A stretch of DNA of 64,000 nucleotides from Psammoneis japonica (taxonomy: Eukaryota), in contig QPGO01000030.1 in NCBI GenBank assembly GCA_008632985.1, positions 186,001-250,000 on the forward strand, written 5' to 3'. A model generated the notes under the pieces. That model saw only the letters and a list, made by a program, of their open reading frames with translations, did no database searches and was not told where the DNA came from. The translations under genes were made by a program, and so were the position numbers. This document shows positions 12,050 to 24,739 of the stretch, one piece after another; position 1 is the stretch's first letter, and the number at the start of each line of letters is the position of its first letter.

Positions 12050-14545
12050 CTACGGCGTCAATTCACGACACAATACAAACGCGACGACCGACACAGCTCC
12101 AGAGAACTGGCAGTCTCTGGTAGAGCCAGCTCCCACCTGCTGCATCCATAGAGTGGCAGGGGACAATGCACTGCTACACAGCTGGCACAGCACTTGTGCC
12201 CCCGTGCAGCACCTCCACCAGCAGGGCCCTGCTCCTGGCACTCTCTCTCAAGGGAGAGCAGACTGCTGCTGCTGTGCACAGAGCCAGAAAATGTGCAGTG
12301 TGCAAGAACGCACCATGAGCTGCTGCAACGTTGAAGCTGTGGGGACAAACAAACACAACAAACAAACACGTTTTGATCATTCTCAAATGCTGAGAATTCC
12401 AAAATGATGTTGAGAACCTCAGTTTGGAGAACTCTCACAAGAGCCCCAAGCTCGACAAGGCCATCATGATGCACACGGTTGCATGGGTGCAAAGAGTGGT
12501 CTCTCAACAAAAGATTTGGTGCTGGAATTTTTGTGGGAACCATGCATCATGAGACAAGTTTGCCAGCCTCTCTGTGAATCTTCAGCTGCTTTGGACTTCT
12601 GTTGGCGCAGCAAGTCGCCCCCAAGCACCAGGCAACAAGTGACATCAACCCATGAGTTCTTGCTGGGGCCGGAGGACAACTTGACTTTTTTGCTTGGGGG
12701 GGGGGCACAAGGTGCAGCTTTGTCCTTGCAAAGCACCAATCAATTGACAACAAGGGACAGGAAAGCTGGGGGGGGCAATTGATGGCCCCGCTCCCTTTTT
12801 CTCTTCTTTTTTTGCCCCGTTGATGTTTTCTGCTGGCAAGCAAGGAGTGGCCTTGCATCTTCCTTTTGCAATGCAGGCAGGGGACAATCTCAGGACATTT
12901 GGCACCTTGAAGTCTCTCCTCCTGTGCAGTGTTGATGTGAGAGGTGGAGGTGGCGCAGCATGATTGTTGAACTTTGGTGCTGGCGCGGGTGTGCCACGGA
13001 GCTGAGCAACTCTTTTGTGCTCACACCTTCAATGTGACAGTTGTTTTGTTGTTGTCACATTGGCTGTTTTCTTCTGGAATCTTGCTTGCTCCTCTGGTGA
13101 GTTGAGAGAGTGTCTGCGCATGACATTCTGGAGAGGAGCGTCAAATGACAGCATTTCCTGAGCTCTGGCTTGGGTTTTTTCTCTTGTGTCAAGACAAGTG
13201 CTGTCGCACCCCAAGTTCACACAAATTGTGCTGCAGCCATGACCCATTTGTGTGTGATCTTTTCTTTTTATTTTCCCAGCTGGTGATGCAAAGATGCTTC
13301 TTTGGCACGTGCAGTGGTCATGACATGTGGTTTGTCAAAGGAGAAGTCACAAGTGTGCACTGAAGCCATGTGGCTGGCAGCAAGCAACAAAGCCAACCAG
13401 AGTTGTTTCCAAGGAGCAGATGCAAGCCCATGACCTTGCTTCAACATTTGGCAGAGTTGGCACTGAGTGATTTGTGGCACATTTCAGCACAAGGCAAAAC
13501 ATGCAGGCAAATGAACTCTCCACATTTCCAAATTTTGCTTGCCACTCATGCAACACACCCCACAACACAACAAAAAAGTCTGTGGACAAGCAAACAAGAA
13601 ACATGAAGCACTCCACTGTGAAATTAGCTGCACACAGCAGCAGCTGTTTTTTGCCATGTGGCAACAAAAACAGAGCCATTGGAAGCAGCACATTTCATTT
13701 TTTGTTGCCGTCTCATTCTCTTGCCCTTGTCAAGGGGGAAGCAAGGAGCTCTGCTTCATTTTTCTCAAAGAAGAAGCGTGCACCTTTTTGTCATGAAGCA
13801 ATTTGCAAATGTGCACCATGGCAACCCAGCATGACAGCAATGTCATGTCTTTGTTGCTCATCCCCAGTTGCCTCCATGCAAGCTGTGTCCATGTTTGTGT
13901 TCGCCATTTTTTCATGGCCCCACCATCAATTTGATTGATGCAGCAAGGAGCCCATGCTTCTTTCATTGCATCTAAAGCAATGTCCCCTGTGTGATCATTT
14001 GATTGATTTTTGCTCCCTCTTTCTTGTGGTGTGTGGGTGGGAAGAGATGCTGCAGCCTGATCTTGTCCCTGGTGCTTGTGCTGGATTTTCACTGATGGTC
14101 AGTGCAGTTCTTGTGATTGAACCTGTGGCAATAGTTTGTGCATTTCTTCATTTGGGTTGCTGCGATGATGTGGTTGCTCTTTCCTCCCTTCTTTTGTCTC
14201 TCAATTGCAGAAGCAGCTTGAAAATGGAGTGTGGAGTCATTGCCCAAGCCAGAACTGACTTTTGGTCAAGATCTAGAGCTTTTCTGCTTGATCACTTGCT
14301 CCAACAGGATGTGTCTTGCTGTGACAGCTGTGCAAATTGCACTGAGATCCTTGAGAATGTCTTGGGAATGTTTTGGCGTCTTTGTCTTGGGAATGCTTTT
14401 GGCGTCTTTGCCATGTGCGGCACTTGCTGGCAGCCTTTTTTCTGCTGGCAGCCTCGTTTCCTGACAATGTCACACATGCCAAACTCTTCTCTCAAAGAGA
14501 CCGACAACTGGCTCCTGAAGAAACACCCGGTGGCGAGCATGGGTC
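12050..14545. other. TpA- and CpG-depleted hypermutated block of unidentified origin
   Basis: Only a handful of TA seen by eye (e.g. 13625, 13973, 14132, 14274). TG/CA-rich, with overlapping Cys/His-rich ORFs in all frames. Confidence 0.8.
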
Positions 14546-14786
14546 GCGTATTTTGTTTTTTGAGAAGATTTCTCTCGGCCTTTAGTAACAAACAAACAAG
14601 GTTACTGTAGGTTTTTTTTTAAACGGGGCAACATTGTGTGCAAGTGCAAGCAGGTTCTTAGACAACTGAGAAAGTTAATGTTCGTTTGCGGACTATGACG
14701 ATACCTGCCATACCGCCAAACCGAGTGAACGCGATTGAAATCGTCTCGTTCTCTATTTTACAAATACAGAAAGGTGAGAGGTGTAC

Positions 14787-15525
14787 TCATTTGCTAGGGG
14801 GGAGCTCAACGGCGTCAAGATATCCATCCAGCGCTTCTTGCGCTGTCTGAAAGGCGGCAAGAGTACCGGAAGCGCTCTTCTTCTTGACAGCCTTCTGCAT
14901 ATTGGTAACTTCTGCCTCAAACGCCTTCCATTTCTAAGGAGAACATTAGACAGAGAGTATGAGTGCACCGCAGAAAGTTATCAACGTAATAATTGCACCG
15001 CTATGAATCTATCATGGATTTGACACACACCTTAACGCTTGGAAGACGATCAGGAGGTGCGGTGGAACTCGTGCGAAACGCATTTGCGATTAAGTAACCC
15101 GCAGTGCTGAAATCCTTCCAAGTTCCTTCATCGTCGCCATCAAAGAATGCCTTTGCTTCACTGAGACTTCCACCCTCCAAGGATGGCGACAAGGCGAGAA
15201 AGCCCTTGACACCGCTCGAAACCCGTTGGTTGTATCGCTGTTTTGCGCTTAGTAGGTACGCCCCGCCCGCTGTCGCACCGCCTGAAGCAGCAACTGGGAG
15301 CGGTGATGAAAGTAAAACGCCAAAGCCAAGAGACGTTACAGCAGTCTCCTGGAGGAAACCCCTTCTCGATGGAGCTGAGATATCTTTTTCTTCATAATAC
15401 TGCGAATGCAGCCTGCTGTCAATCGCTAAAGTTGAAGGAGAAGAAAAAGTTGGTACGAAACAAGTGCCACGACGACAGAGTAGGAGACTGGATGAGAGGA
15501 AGAGGTAGATGTGAAGGCTTATCAT
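14787..15525 (-). CDS. plastid thylakoid-lumen protein, possibly PsbQ-like helical family (intron 14934-15030)
   Basis: Signal peptide plus CF, twin-arginine SRRGFL, hydrophobic stretch and AxA-like cleavage. Exon 2 reads KWKAFEAEV...LPPSK*. Confidence 0.75.
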
Positions 15526-15789
15526 GACACTGCGTTAGGTGGATCGGTCACTTGGTGCTGTCTTTGAGGATAGTAGGCAGTTGTTGCTTCGATATTCGAG
15601 AGCGACGTGTTGGGATTGATGTGATTGATCGTTGATCGTAACCTTTTTATCCTTGGTGTCGTGGTCCGATCAAAGATCCATCGCGCGACGTCACATACCG
15701 GTACGAGAAATGTGTAGGATTCCACGCCTCACGCACCGCGGATCTTTTCGTGTCAACTGCAACATCGAAATCTTGGGCACGCACAGTAG

Positions 15790-15865
15790 CTTTACCGGTA
15801 GGGCCCTAGATAGAGAGCTACGACCCTCTAGCTCTCTACTCTCTAGTAGAGAGAGTACTTGTAGC
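15790..15865. repeat. TAG/CTA-rich low-complexity intergenic repeat
   Basis: taccggtagggccctagatagagagctac...ctctagtagagagagtac; similar tracts at ~21050-21115, ~22580-22680 and ~38560-38645. Confidence 0.75.
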
Positions 15866-16104
15866 TATTGTAAACAGGTAGAGAGGGAAGAAAACATCGT
15901 ACCTTACTCCAGTCTCTCGAGAGAGACCTCCACGGCAACATTTTGAAGTCAACTTGTAACTCTTAATGAACATCGTCCTACCGGTAAGACAGTACAATAG
16001 GGGAATATTATGATAAGCGCATACCTGGTAGTTTTTTTACAACTTACTAGAAGTAAGTAACTAAAGTTGCGCAATCGAAACTTGCCAACACTCAGCTTGT
16101 AAAT

Positions 16105-17306
16105 TCATCCAAACCTCCTATTCAATGCAAGACCCATCAGACCCTGAACAACTCGTCCGCTATCACCACCTTCAAACAGCTGAGAAAGCAGCCCGAGAAG
16201 CGGACCAAAGTTGAAGTCTTCCACCGCCTCCATCTGTTCGTGTTCGCCGTCCGCGACAAACTGGAACGGAAGGTCCAGGACGGTCCCACTGTGACAACAG
16301 TCCATGACGCACGTAAGTTGCACATCACGAGGCATTGCTCCCACCAACGTGGTGAAGAGGTCGTCATCACGAATTTGACCTGCTCGCTGATAATCAAGCG
16401 GCACCAATGTCTCGTCGTAGCCATCCTCTGCAGTATAAACGACGCATGAATTGTCAGAATCTCAAAAAAGTATTGACAACAATTTCGCAACTCAAACGAT
16501 ACTCACTCTCATCGCCGTCATCATCGCGAACTTTTCCACCGTGGCCAGAGTAGTGTACGAAAGCCACGTCACCAGCCTCCGATTCACTGACGAGCTTCTG
16601 AAATGCGCCGATGATATTTTCCTTGAAAAGGAAATGATGTGAGTGCGCGGAACAAATATAATTTCACAAGAACACATCAACTGGTCGTACCTTTGTAGGA
16701 TCTGGATTCTCACCATCATCCATGAGAAACGTTATGTTTTCGTCCTCAAAGCCCCACACGTCCTTGATGTACTCGGCCATGTTTTTAGCGTCGTTCTGGC
16801 AACCACGAAGCTCGCCTTGTTGCCCGACGTAATTAATACCAATAATCACAGCGCGACGAGTGCCTTCGGATCCTTCGGGAACAATTTCAAACTGGCTCGA
16901 GACATCCAACGAGCGAGACGAAGTAAGTTGCGGGATCTGCGAGTAGCCAGATTCGCCCAGGATGCCACGAATGCTCAACAAGACATCCTGAAAGCTTAAA
17001 TCTTCGTCCGGCTTTTTGTGATCAGCGTAGAGCGTCTTGAGCATGGCGGAGGTGAGTGCTCCGCCGGCACGTCCAGCGGGATCAGGAAGCTGAAAGGCAG
17101 AGACATTGCTAACATCTAAAGAACAAGTCGAGACACAAGTTGTCATGATTCCTCTTCCTTTTTCTTCAGGTGGCACACACACACACACACGAGTAATGTA
17201 CAGGTACAACGGATTCCTTACCGGCACTGGTTTGCTCATCCTTACAGCCAGAGATCATGTGGACCTCAGCGGGGATGGCTTCGGCAGCTTGCTCTTCGAT
17301 GCTCAT
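16105..17306 (-). CDS. type III metacaspase (p10 domain N-terminal to p20), 4 exons
   Basis: N-terminal [13 protein letters not shown]...GGALT (p10), followed by [16 protein letters not shown] (catalytic His) and DCCHSG (catalytic Cys). GT-AG introns. Confidence 0.92.
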
Positions 17307-17722
17307 GGTGAGTCTCTTAGTTTCTAATACTGTCGGTGATTAGACTTATCTTCTGTTGTGACTGAGGTTCACCTCTCAGCTCAGCCCTGTGATCTTCGTT
17401 CTTTTTTTTCGTGCAGCCAGCTGTTGCGATGCGTGTGTTCCGTTCGTTGATCGCTCGACGTCGGATCCTGCTCAACCTTTCCATCCCGCCAAGATCCGAA
17501 TGACGTCACAAACGAAGGCTACGTAGGATTCCACGTTCGTTCAACGTTTTTACGCAACGCAGAAACCGCAGAAACCGCCACCAGACTGACGACAGAGCTG
17601 TCAAAAAGGAAACCCATCTCAAATCTCAACCTACCTTGTCATCAATTCTTGTCGATAACCTTGCTGGAGCAGCAGTCAGATCACTTCGAAAGAAAGAAAA
17701 TACATAACCTCTTGGCTTCAAA

Positions 17723-18319
17723 ATGAATCGATGCTGCAATAGCACCATCATCTTGTTTCTCTTCCACGCGATCTTCGTGCTCCTTCCAGAAGCCGATTCG
17801 TTTACCGTTTTTGCCAATAGATGCATCCCCGCCTGTTCTTGTAGAAGCACTTGTCGTTTCTTTGCCCAAGGAGGTTTTGCTATCGACGAAGAATTCGTAC
17901 CGTGCCCCAGCAGGGAATTTGATGGTGAAACTGTTGTGACACTCTGTATGGACGCCCTCATGTCAAACTCAAGTCCGTTTGACAACGCCGGCCTTGAGGT
18001 CTGCTTCAACTTTTCTTCCGACCGATGCCGAGCGTCGCGAGGGGGTAGTCTAAAACAATTTATACAGTACGCATCCAATCCCGTCTTTGCAAGCATGGTG
18101 GATGCGCATGGTTGGAAATTGAAGAAGAAGGGCCCGATCATACAGGGAACCACCACACGTGGTGCCATGCAGACCTTTCTTGTTCGCGTGACGCCAGCTG
18201 AAGGCAACGAGCGGAACTTTTTATGGACATTGCAAAAGGAAAGGAGACCTCCTCGACAGGACTGTTGGCTCGTCCATGAATGCATCTCCGTCGAAAAGGC
18301 ATACTGTCTAACTCTGTAG
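17723..18319 (+). CDS. conserved hypothetical protein, probably plastid-targeted
   Basis: Signal peptide ending DS-F; domain resembling small cyanobacterial/algal proteins (GLEVCFNFSS...FLWTLQKE..CWLV). Confidence 0.7.
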   Translation: MNRCCNSTIILFLFHAIFVLLPEADSFTVFANRCIPACSCRSTCRFFAQGGFAIDEEFVPCPSREFDGETVVTLCMDALMSNSSPFDNAGLEVCFNFSSDRCRASRGGSLKQFIQYASNPVFASMVDAHGWKLKKKGPIIQGTTTRGAMQTFLVRVTPAEGNERNFLWTLQKERRPPRQDCWLVHECISVEKAYCLTL

Positions 18320-18840
18320 GTGTTCCTATGTGCGTTGAAAGCGACTGGGTTTGTACCAGTTTGATAGGAAGCTCAGTGACCAAAGCAATCAAGGAACTTC
18401 CCCCCCTGTCAACTATTTACAACACCAGGTAGCACATGGCTCATTTCAATTGGTCGGTCGGATTTTGCAGTGTTTGGTAAGGTGCATCTCCAAAAGCTAA
18501 AACGATTATGTTGTGTCGAACGCACCTCTGAATCACAGACTCTTGACACCATCCGAGGAGTCCAAGGGCATCGAGAAGAAACTGTGTAGCAGGGAGCTTA
18601 GAGAAGCACTTCAAAGCTACCATACACTTGTGCAATACTTAAAAATAGCTGACGATATGTAGTCTACTATAATTTATAATTACACAGCAAAATATCCAGG
18701 ACAAAGACGGGCGCTGACCCACCGGGGGACCAAAAAGCCGCCCAAGTTATGTTACCCTGCTGCTATATTCTTCTCACTCTTCACCCTCTATTTCCAATCA
18801 ATGAGATAAAATGGTGAATGAAAGGCGTGCTCTGATTTCA

Positions 18841-19734
18841 TCAATTTTTTTCGATCCATTTTTTGTAACTCTCACAGAACAAACCGAGACTTGCTTCGGT
18901 ATCTTTGGACAGCGTCTTGAGTATTGCTGCGCTACCCTGCTCCTCGGCCTTTTCCTTTGATATTGGTAGCAATCGAAGCAAAAGAGAGGGAAAGTTTACG
19001 CCAATCTCAAGGATTGACGTGATGGAAAAGTCTACATGGTCGTCACCTGATTGCCCGATAGTCACCCTCGAAAGAGAATGAGCTGAACTACTACTGGAAG
19101 ACGAGCCGTCCTCCTTTCCAGATCCTGTAAGTTTATTGTAGATCCAGACCACAGGAGGTGCTCCTTCAGCCGTTCTTTGGTCTGTGATGAGGGTAAACTG
19201 ATATTCTGGGTAACTACTTGGAGAGGCTTGCAGCAATTTGCTTCCAATCAGCGCAACTGACACAAGTTTAAGACCCGGAAAGTTGATCCCACCTGTACCA
19301 ACCTTCAAAATAATATCGTCATCCGTTGGTTCGTCTGCTCCCATTCGAGCAGCTTCCGATATCCAGAGCTTCAACAGATCCGGCGTCGTTTCCACTTGCT
19401 TTACTTCTTGTTTCCCGCCACTCGACAACAACGAATTGCGGTAGTCGTCAACTTGCAAAAACTCGCACATTTTCTCAGGAGACACTTTGGGCACTGGCTT
19501 TGTCGCGAAAGTCTGTTCTCCGGTAAATGTTAGAGTAGCAGCGTTTGTCTTTTCTCGGGTTGCCAAAAAATGACGAGTGAGCGGCGACGGTCGAACATTT
19601 TGTTTTTGAGTGACAAAAGCAACTCTCTGAAACGATTCTACAAAACAAAGCTCAAGAAGAATAGTGCAAACGACGATGCACCATATTTTGGCGAGCCTCT
19701 TGGACTTGTAGTTGTTGGAGGGTGCTCTCGTCAT
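18841..19734 (-). CDS. hypothetical protein, probably plastid-targeted
   Basis: Single ~297-aa ORF with a hydrophobic leader ending ES-F and normal composition. Confidence 0.7.
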   Translation of the reverse strand: MTRAPSNNYKSKRLAKIWCIVVCTILLELCFVESFQRVAFVTQKQNVRPSPLTRHFLATREKTNAATLTFTGEQTFATKPVPKVSPEKMCEFLQVDDYRNSLLSSGGKQEVKQVETTPDLLKLWISEAARMGADEPTDDDIILKVGTGGINFPGLKLVSVALIGSKLLQASPSSYPEYQFTLITDQRTAEGAPPVVWIYNKLTGSGKEDGSSSSSSSAHSLSRVTIGQSGDDHVDFSITSILEIGVNFPSLLLRLLPISKEKAEEQGSAAILKTLSKDTEASLGLFCESYKKWIEKN

Positions 19735-19963
19735 CGTAGTCAACAACAGTGCTCAAAGCGGGAACTGGCAACTGACGCAAAAAGCTGATGACGACGTAGC
19801 GCGATGTCGCGCAGACCGTTTCTCTGGCGGGAACAGTCTGTCCTGTGCTACGAAGATTCAACTAACGCGAAATGAGCGCGACGCGCCACCACCACTCGCG
19901 CCACAAGCCCAACATCAGTAGAATAGCAGAAATCAGAAGCCACCAAAAGCACTCCTGTCGACC

Positions 19964-20901
19964 ATGGGCCGAAAGGGAAACAAAAAGGGAGGAGCCGCCT
20001 CATCGCAGCGCCGTACCAATGCGGGAAAGTCTGCACACCGTCGACACATGCAAGATGGAACGCCGATGGCAATTCGATTGAGGACATCAAACGCCGAAAC
20101 GAACAAGACTCCTCCTTTTGCCAAGAGGTTTCTTCAAAGAACAAGGCGTTGGATGGTTTGCGTTTGCGAATGTGGGATTTTGCTCAGTGTGATCCCAAGC
20201 GATGCACCGGAGCGCGTTTGATGAGACGCGGCTTGTTCCAGGGCATGCCGTTGAAGCAACCCTTTCGAGGGATTGTGCTGAGTCCAAAGGCAACTATCTC
20301 TGTCAGTCCAGCGGATGCTGATATTTTGGAACAACACGGCTTGTCCCTGATTGATTGTTCCTGGGCGCGGCTCGCAGAAATCCCCTTTCGTCAAATGCAA
20401 GCGGGTTACCATCGTCTACTACCCTTCTTGGTGGCTGCCAATACTGTAAATTATGGTCGTCCGAGCAAGCTTAGTTGCGCCGAAGCCGGAGCTGCGACGC
20501 TTTACATTTGTGGAAAGCCAGATGCGGCCATTGCTGTTCTGCAAGAGTTTTCGTGGGGAATGGAGTTTCTTCGTCTTAATCAAGAACTACTTGATCTATA
20601 TGCTTCCTGCAAAGATGCAGATGAAGTTGTAAAGCGACAAAATGAGTGGCTGGAGCTGGTAGAAAGCAAACAAGGCCACCTAGCGCACCAGGCACCCACT
20701 CGAAAGAAGAAATACTGGGAAGAAAACAGCGATAGTGATACAGAAAATGACGAATCAGTGGATCAGGGTCACTTGATTGAAACTGGGGAAGCTGGAGAGT
20801 TGCCACCAAGTGACGATGAGTATTATGAAGATTACGACTCCTCAGATGAGCCAGAGCTCGATAAATTTGGAAACATTATCGAGAAAGAAACGGCTGCATA
20901 A
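19964..20901 (+). CDS. TSR3: 18S rRNA aminocarboxypropyltransferase Tsr3
   Basis: MWDFAQCDPKRCTG, LIDCSWA, RLLPFLVAANTVNYGRPSKLSCAEA, FSWG and an acidic tail. One apparent 1-nt deletion near 20070 separates the ATG from the core frame. Confidence 0.93.
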
Positions 20902-21380
20902 GACCTTGTCCACAATAACCAACTGTAGGGATCTTTCCTATCATGCGCAAGAAGTTGAAAACGGGCGCGGGCGGGCGGGTAGGTACCGGTAGGTAGATAG
21001 GTGCGACCCAGTTTGGGGTCTGTCCATCAGCTGCATCATCCCCGATGTCTAGCTACTAGAACTCCCAGTAGTGCCTCTACCCTGCCTCTAGAGGTACCGG
21101 TACAGTAGAGGAGTATCTGTTACTTGAAGGCCCGCTCAATAGAATGAGTTTTTTTAAGATCGCAATGATGTTCAGTGACAAATGACTCCTCCTTGCTTCT
21201 TGACCCACCGCGCGCATCAAGAATCTAAATTCTACCGATCCCGCACTGTCTGGGCCTGTGAACGACGTTTTCTTTTCCTTCTCGCAAGCAAATGCATTTT
21301 GCCAAGTAAGGTTAGCAAACTGGCTATCCGAATTGCTTCATCCGTGTGTCTTTCCGTGGAGCGCGACTGATCGTCTAAGG

Positions 21381-22347
21381 TTACGACATTGCCTTTATCA
21401 AGCGGAACAAACTCTTTGGTTCCTCGGGATCAAACAGGATTGAGCGATAGCCTTTAATCCTGGCCTTCACTACATTGTTTCTATTGTCATCAATAAGCAG
21501 CACCCTGTCATTAGATAGATGAGATCCATTGACAGAAGTGGTGACTGTCGAAAAGTCCCTAACGGCGAGTCTCAGGTGCCTCTGACGTTTGCAAAACAGT
21601 GCGGAGCAGACACAAATTTGGTTGAGGCTCTCGCTGTATTTTGAGAAAAAAGTTGATGTTAGCTCATGTCGAACCTACCGTTTTGCCTGCAATCGAATTG
21701 AGGTTGTCGCCTCCATATACGGGAAGTCTCACCGACTGAGATGAGGGAACAGCTCGTTTCAGTACTTGAGAAATGAGTTCTTCTTGCATCGAAAACGTGA
21801 CCACGGCAATGTTCACCTGTTTTGTGTCGATCGATTTCTGAATCAGGCATTTCATCTCAGGACGAACATAGTGAGCGAGCTCGTCTGCCGATCCTTCCCA
21901 GATTCCACCTGTGCCGACTTCAACAATGGTGTCATCGAAATCTAAAGCTAGCAGCTGTATTCTCACTAAGTGTTCCACAGAAAAATGTGAGATGAAAGGT
22001 GGACATCGCATGTTTATCACCGCGAACACAACATGAGTCATTTCTCACTTACGTTCAATCAATCGGACAACCGCATCTTTGCAGGCAGAACTCCGCTCCT
22101 CCGGTCGAGCTTCGCGGTAGGCTCCAATGTCCATCTTATGCAGACTGAGAGGAGATGACAAACCGTTGAAAGCCATTTTAGAATCGTTTAGTTTTGTCGA
22201 AGAAAGAGATTGAGGCTTTGATGATGGATACGTCATCCAGGCTGCACCCATCCACAAGAACACAAAAACAACGAGAACGACAGATTGCCGCTGTCGACTG
22301 CTGTGTGAATTCGAGTTCCTTGTACGGATGTGAGTACTGTTCAACAT
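21381..22347 (-). CDS. membrane-anchored HAD-superfamily hydrolase (3 exons)
   Basis: N-terminal TM helix, motif I LALDFDDT, motif II VVTFS, Lys in GKT, and motif IV LLIDDNRNN in the last exon. Confidence 0.75.
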
Positions 22348-22579
22348 CCGAATCGACAACGCCAGTGTAGTTCGAACTACAATGATTCACAAACGCGAAA
22401 TAATTAGCGTCGCTGGTCGCCAGTCGTTTGAGATAAGGATAAGGGCGGGCTGAAGAATCAAGACGAGAGACGAGCCTCCCACCGACTTCATTAACTTCCA
22501 ACTTGGGAAGAAGTAACCTTTTCAACAGCGAGCGAGTGATGGCGGATCCAGTCGTGGATCCGCGACCAAGATTGCTTGG

Positions 22580-22680
22580 TGACTATTACTACTGTAGTGA
22601 CTATAATACTACTGTAGAGCTCTCTACTCTAGAGAGTAGAGTACCGGTAGAGCTACTCTAGCTAGAGTAGAGAGTAGAGT
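22580..22680. repeat. TAGAG/CTCTA low-complexity repeat
   Basis: gtagagctctctactctagagagtagagtaccggtagagctactctagctagagtagagagtagag. Confidence 0.8.
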
Positions 22681-23538
22681 GACGCCAAAGGGACCACGGC
22701 TCTGAAGATGATGATATTATGTATGGTACTATCCACTTTGGAACGAGAATTTGGAACACAAGAACAAGTACGTGAAACAACATGGATAACCATCGTGATC
22801 TAGATATTAGGCACAAGAACGAGTTTAGTGAGGTGAAGAAGTAGAAGGACGAATGGGATTAGCTCATTCTAAAATATATTGATCCTCTCACCAATCTCAG
22901 GATACGCGGTAGCTATTGGCGGGAGATCTGTGAAAACAAATCCAGACCCAATGATTAGAAGCCGTTGTTTCGATAGTTACGACCTTGCGTTGTAAAAAGA
23001 TTACGCCAATGGCCACCGCTGGCAAGACCCAAAACACCCTCGTTTATTGACGGCCAGCGCCTCATCTACGCAAAACTCGGTCAACGCAAAGCGACACAGT
23101 GTACCGGAGCGATCGTCAATTGGGTTGATTTTTTTTCAATGCACATAAGAAAGTCGATCATGAAATCTGGATGCCGGTAGAGAATCCGGTCACGCCAGCT
23201 TTGGAGAGGCAATGCAGGGCCTACTTGAAGGAAAAGTATGGAGGAGTCTTATTCTCCATTTTTCATGCTGATTGGACAGCCGATCCTGCATTTCAGCGAA
23301 CGAAAGAAGAGCTTTTTTTCTAACCCAGTAACGCTTACAGATGTATCAAATAGGAGTACAAACTTTGCTTTCAACGCCACAGCGCTTACATTTTGAGCTA
23401 CTGTATAGACAAAATGCAAGAAATACGTAAAACCGCACATTGTTGCAGCTGCAGCCGTTTGAACTGAAGGCGGGTTTCCTTGGCCATCGCATCCCGCGAA
23501 AAGCACCGTGTATGCGTATGTTATCTCAATCCCCAAGT

Positions 23539-24366
23539 TTATGCCCGAGATCTGGCTTCTGCTGCGTACTTCTCAAGCCCTTTATGAAATTCTTCAATCT
23601 GTAATCCTCTCGGTGTGCGTTGGCTGACGACGCCGAATGTGTTTGTGACGTCTTGGCAGTGATCGCCCCAGTTGCAATCTAAACTTCGCATTAATGAAAG
23701 CAGAAGGTTGAGATCATTCCGTGCAAAAGAAAATAATACCGGCGCAGCGATTGTGCTTACCGTCAAAGAATAACATTTCTTCAAATGGCACACCGGACTG
23801 TTCTTGCAACAACCGGAAATGGGATGTTTTTCTCGATGTCAGCTTTCCTGTTCGTCCGATCTGATCGTACCTGCACGAAAAGGCGCAGGAGCACAAGATA
23901 CTTGGATGAGATGATTAGCAATTTTGGAATCGTCAAAGCATTTTTTACTCCCTCACATGAACATGTCGCGAAGCGTTAACCCCGGAAGAATTTCCAATCC
24001 CTCAAGACACATATGTGAATATGTTGGCTCCAATGATGAAGACGCAGCTGCTAGAATTATTCCATTGTACTTTGGATTCATGGCCAGCTCTAACAAAGCT
24101 TCCCTCGCTCCGTCGAAGAGACGAACCGTCTGTCGTCTTCTTGGCACTTGCATCCCAACGACACCCATTAGTCGTTTTTCTGATTCGCGAGCGCTAGGAT
24201 TCAAGCAACCTTCCATAGGAATGGAGGGTTCATCGTAAAGCTCGTGCATTTCTGGTGTCCACAAACAGTCATCTAGATCGAAAATAATCATGGTTGGAAG
24301 GAGAGGGTCTTTCTCGCCGAGAGATCTCTTTGTAATATTGTGGGCCTCGGTGTTGCGGGCCGCCAT
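23539..24366 (-). CDS. MDP1: magnesium-dependent phosphatase 1 (HAD), 3 exons
   Basis: IIFDLDDCLW, AASSS, KTSHF, VPFEEMLFFDD across GT-AG introns. Confidence 0.85.
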
Positions 24367-24739
24367 CCTTCGTGGCGTCTAACTCTGCAGTGACGTAAAC
24401 AGCACGCTCCTGATAGCGAGTTGACTCTGTGAAAAATCAACACTCACACTACGACACCAAACACCAAGAGCGAAAGGCAGTTTTGAGTGTTGAATGTGTT
24501 TGTCGTTTGTCGGTACCGTAGGTACTTCTTCCTGTCTCTAGGTACAATATCCCCAAGGGACACTTCATTCATTCCCAACAGTCCAAGCAATGATGAGGTC
24601 AGTTTCAAGTTCTGTGAAGACGCGCCGTGCGTATCCATAGTGGCGCAGAGCGCGTGGCGCCGAAATCTCAGGTTCACTTCTATTTCTTATTCAATAAAAT
24701 TATATATAAAAATATGGAGCGCACCAACATACGTTGGAT

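Noticed and set aside
12050..14545. Fungal-type RIP, or foreign/contaminant DNA, as the cause of the odd composition
   Set aside because: RIP increases TpA, the opposite of what is seen. The blocks contain diatom-type elements and converted versions of local host repeats.
20060..20080. TSR3 split into two ORFs
   Set aside because: A single added base joins the frames; no intron signals are present.
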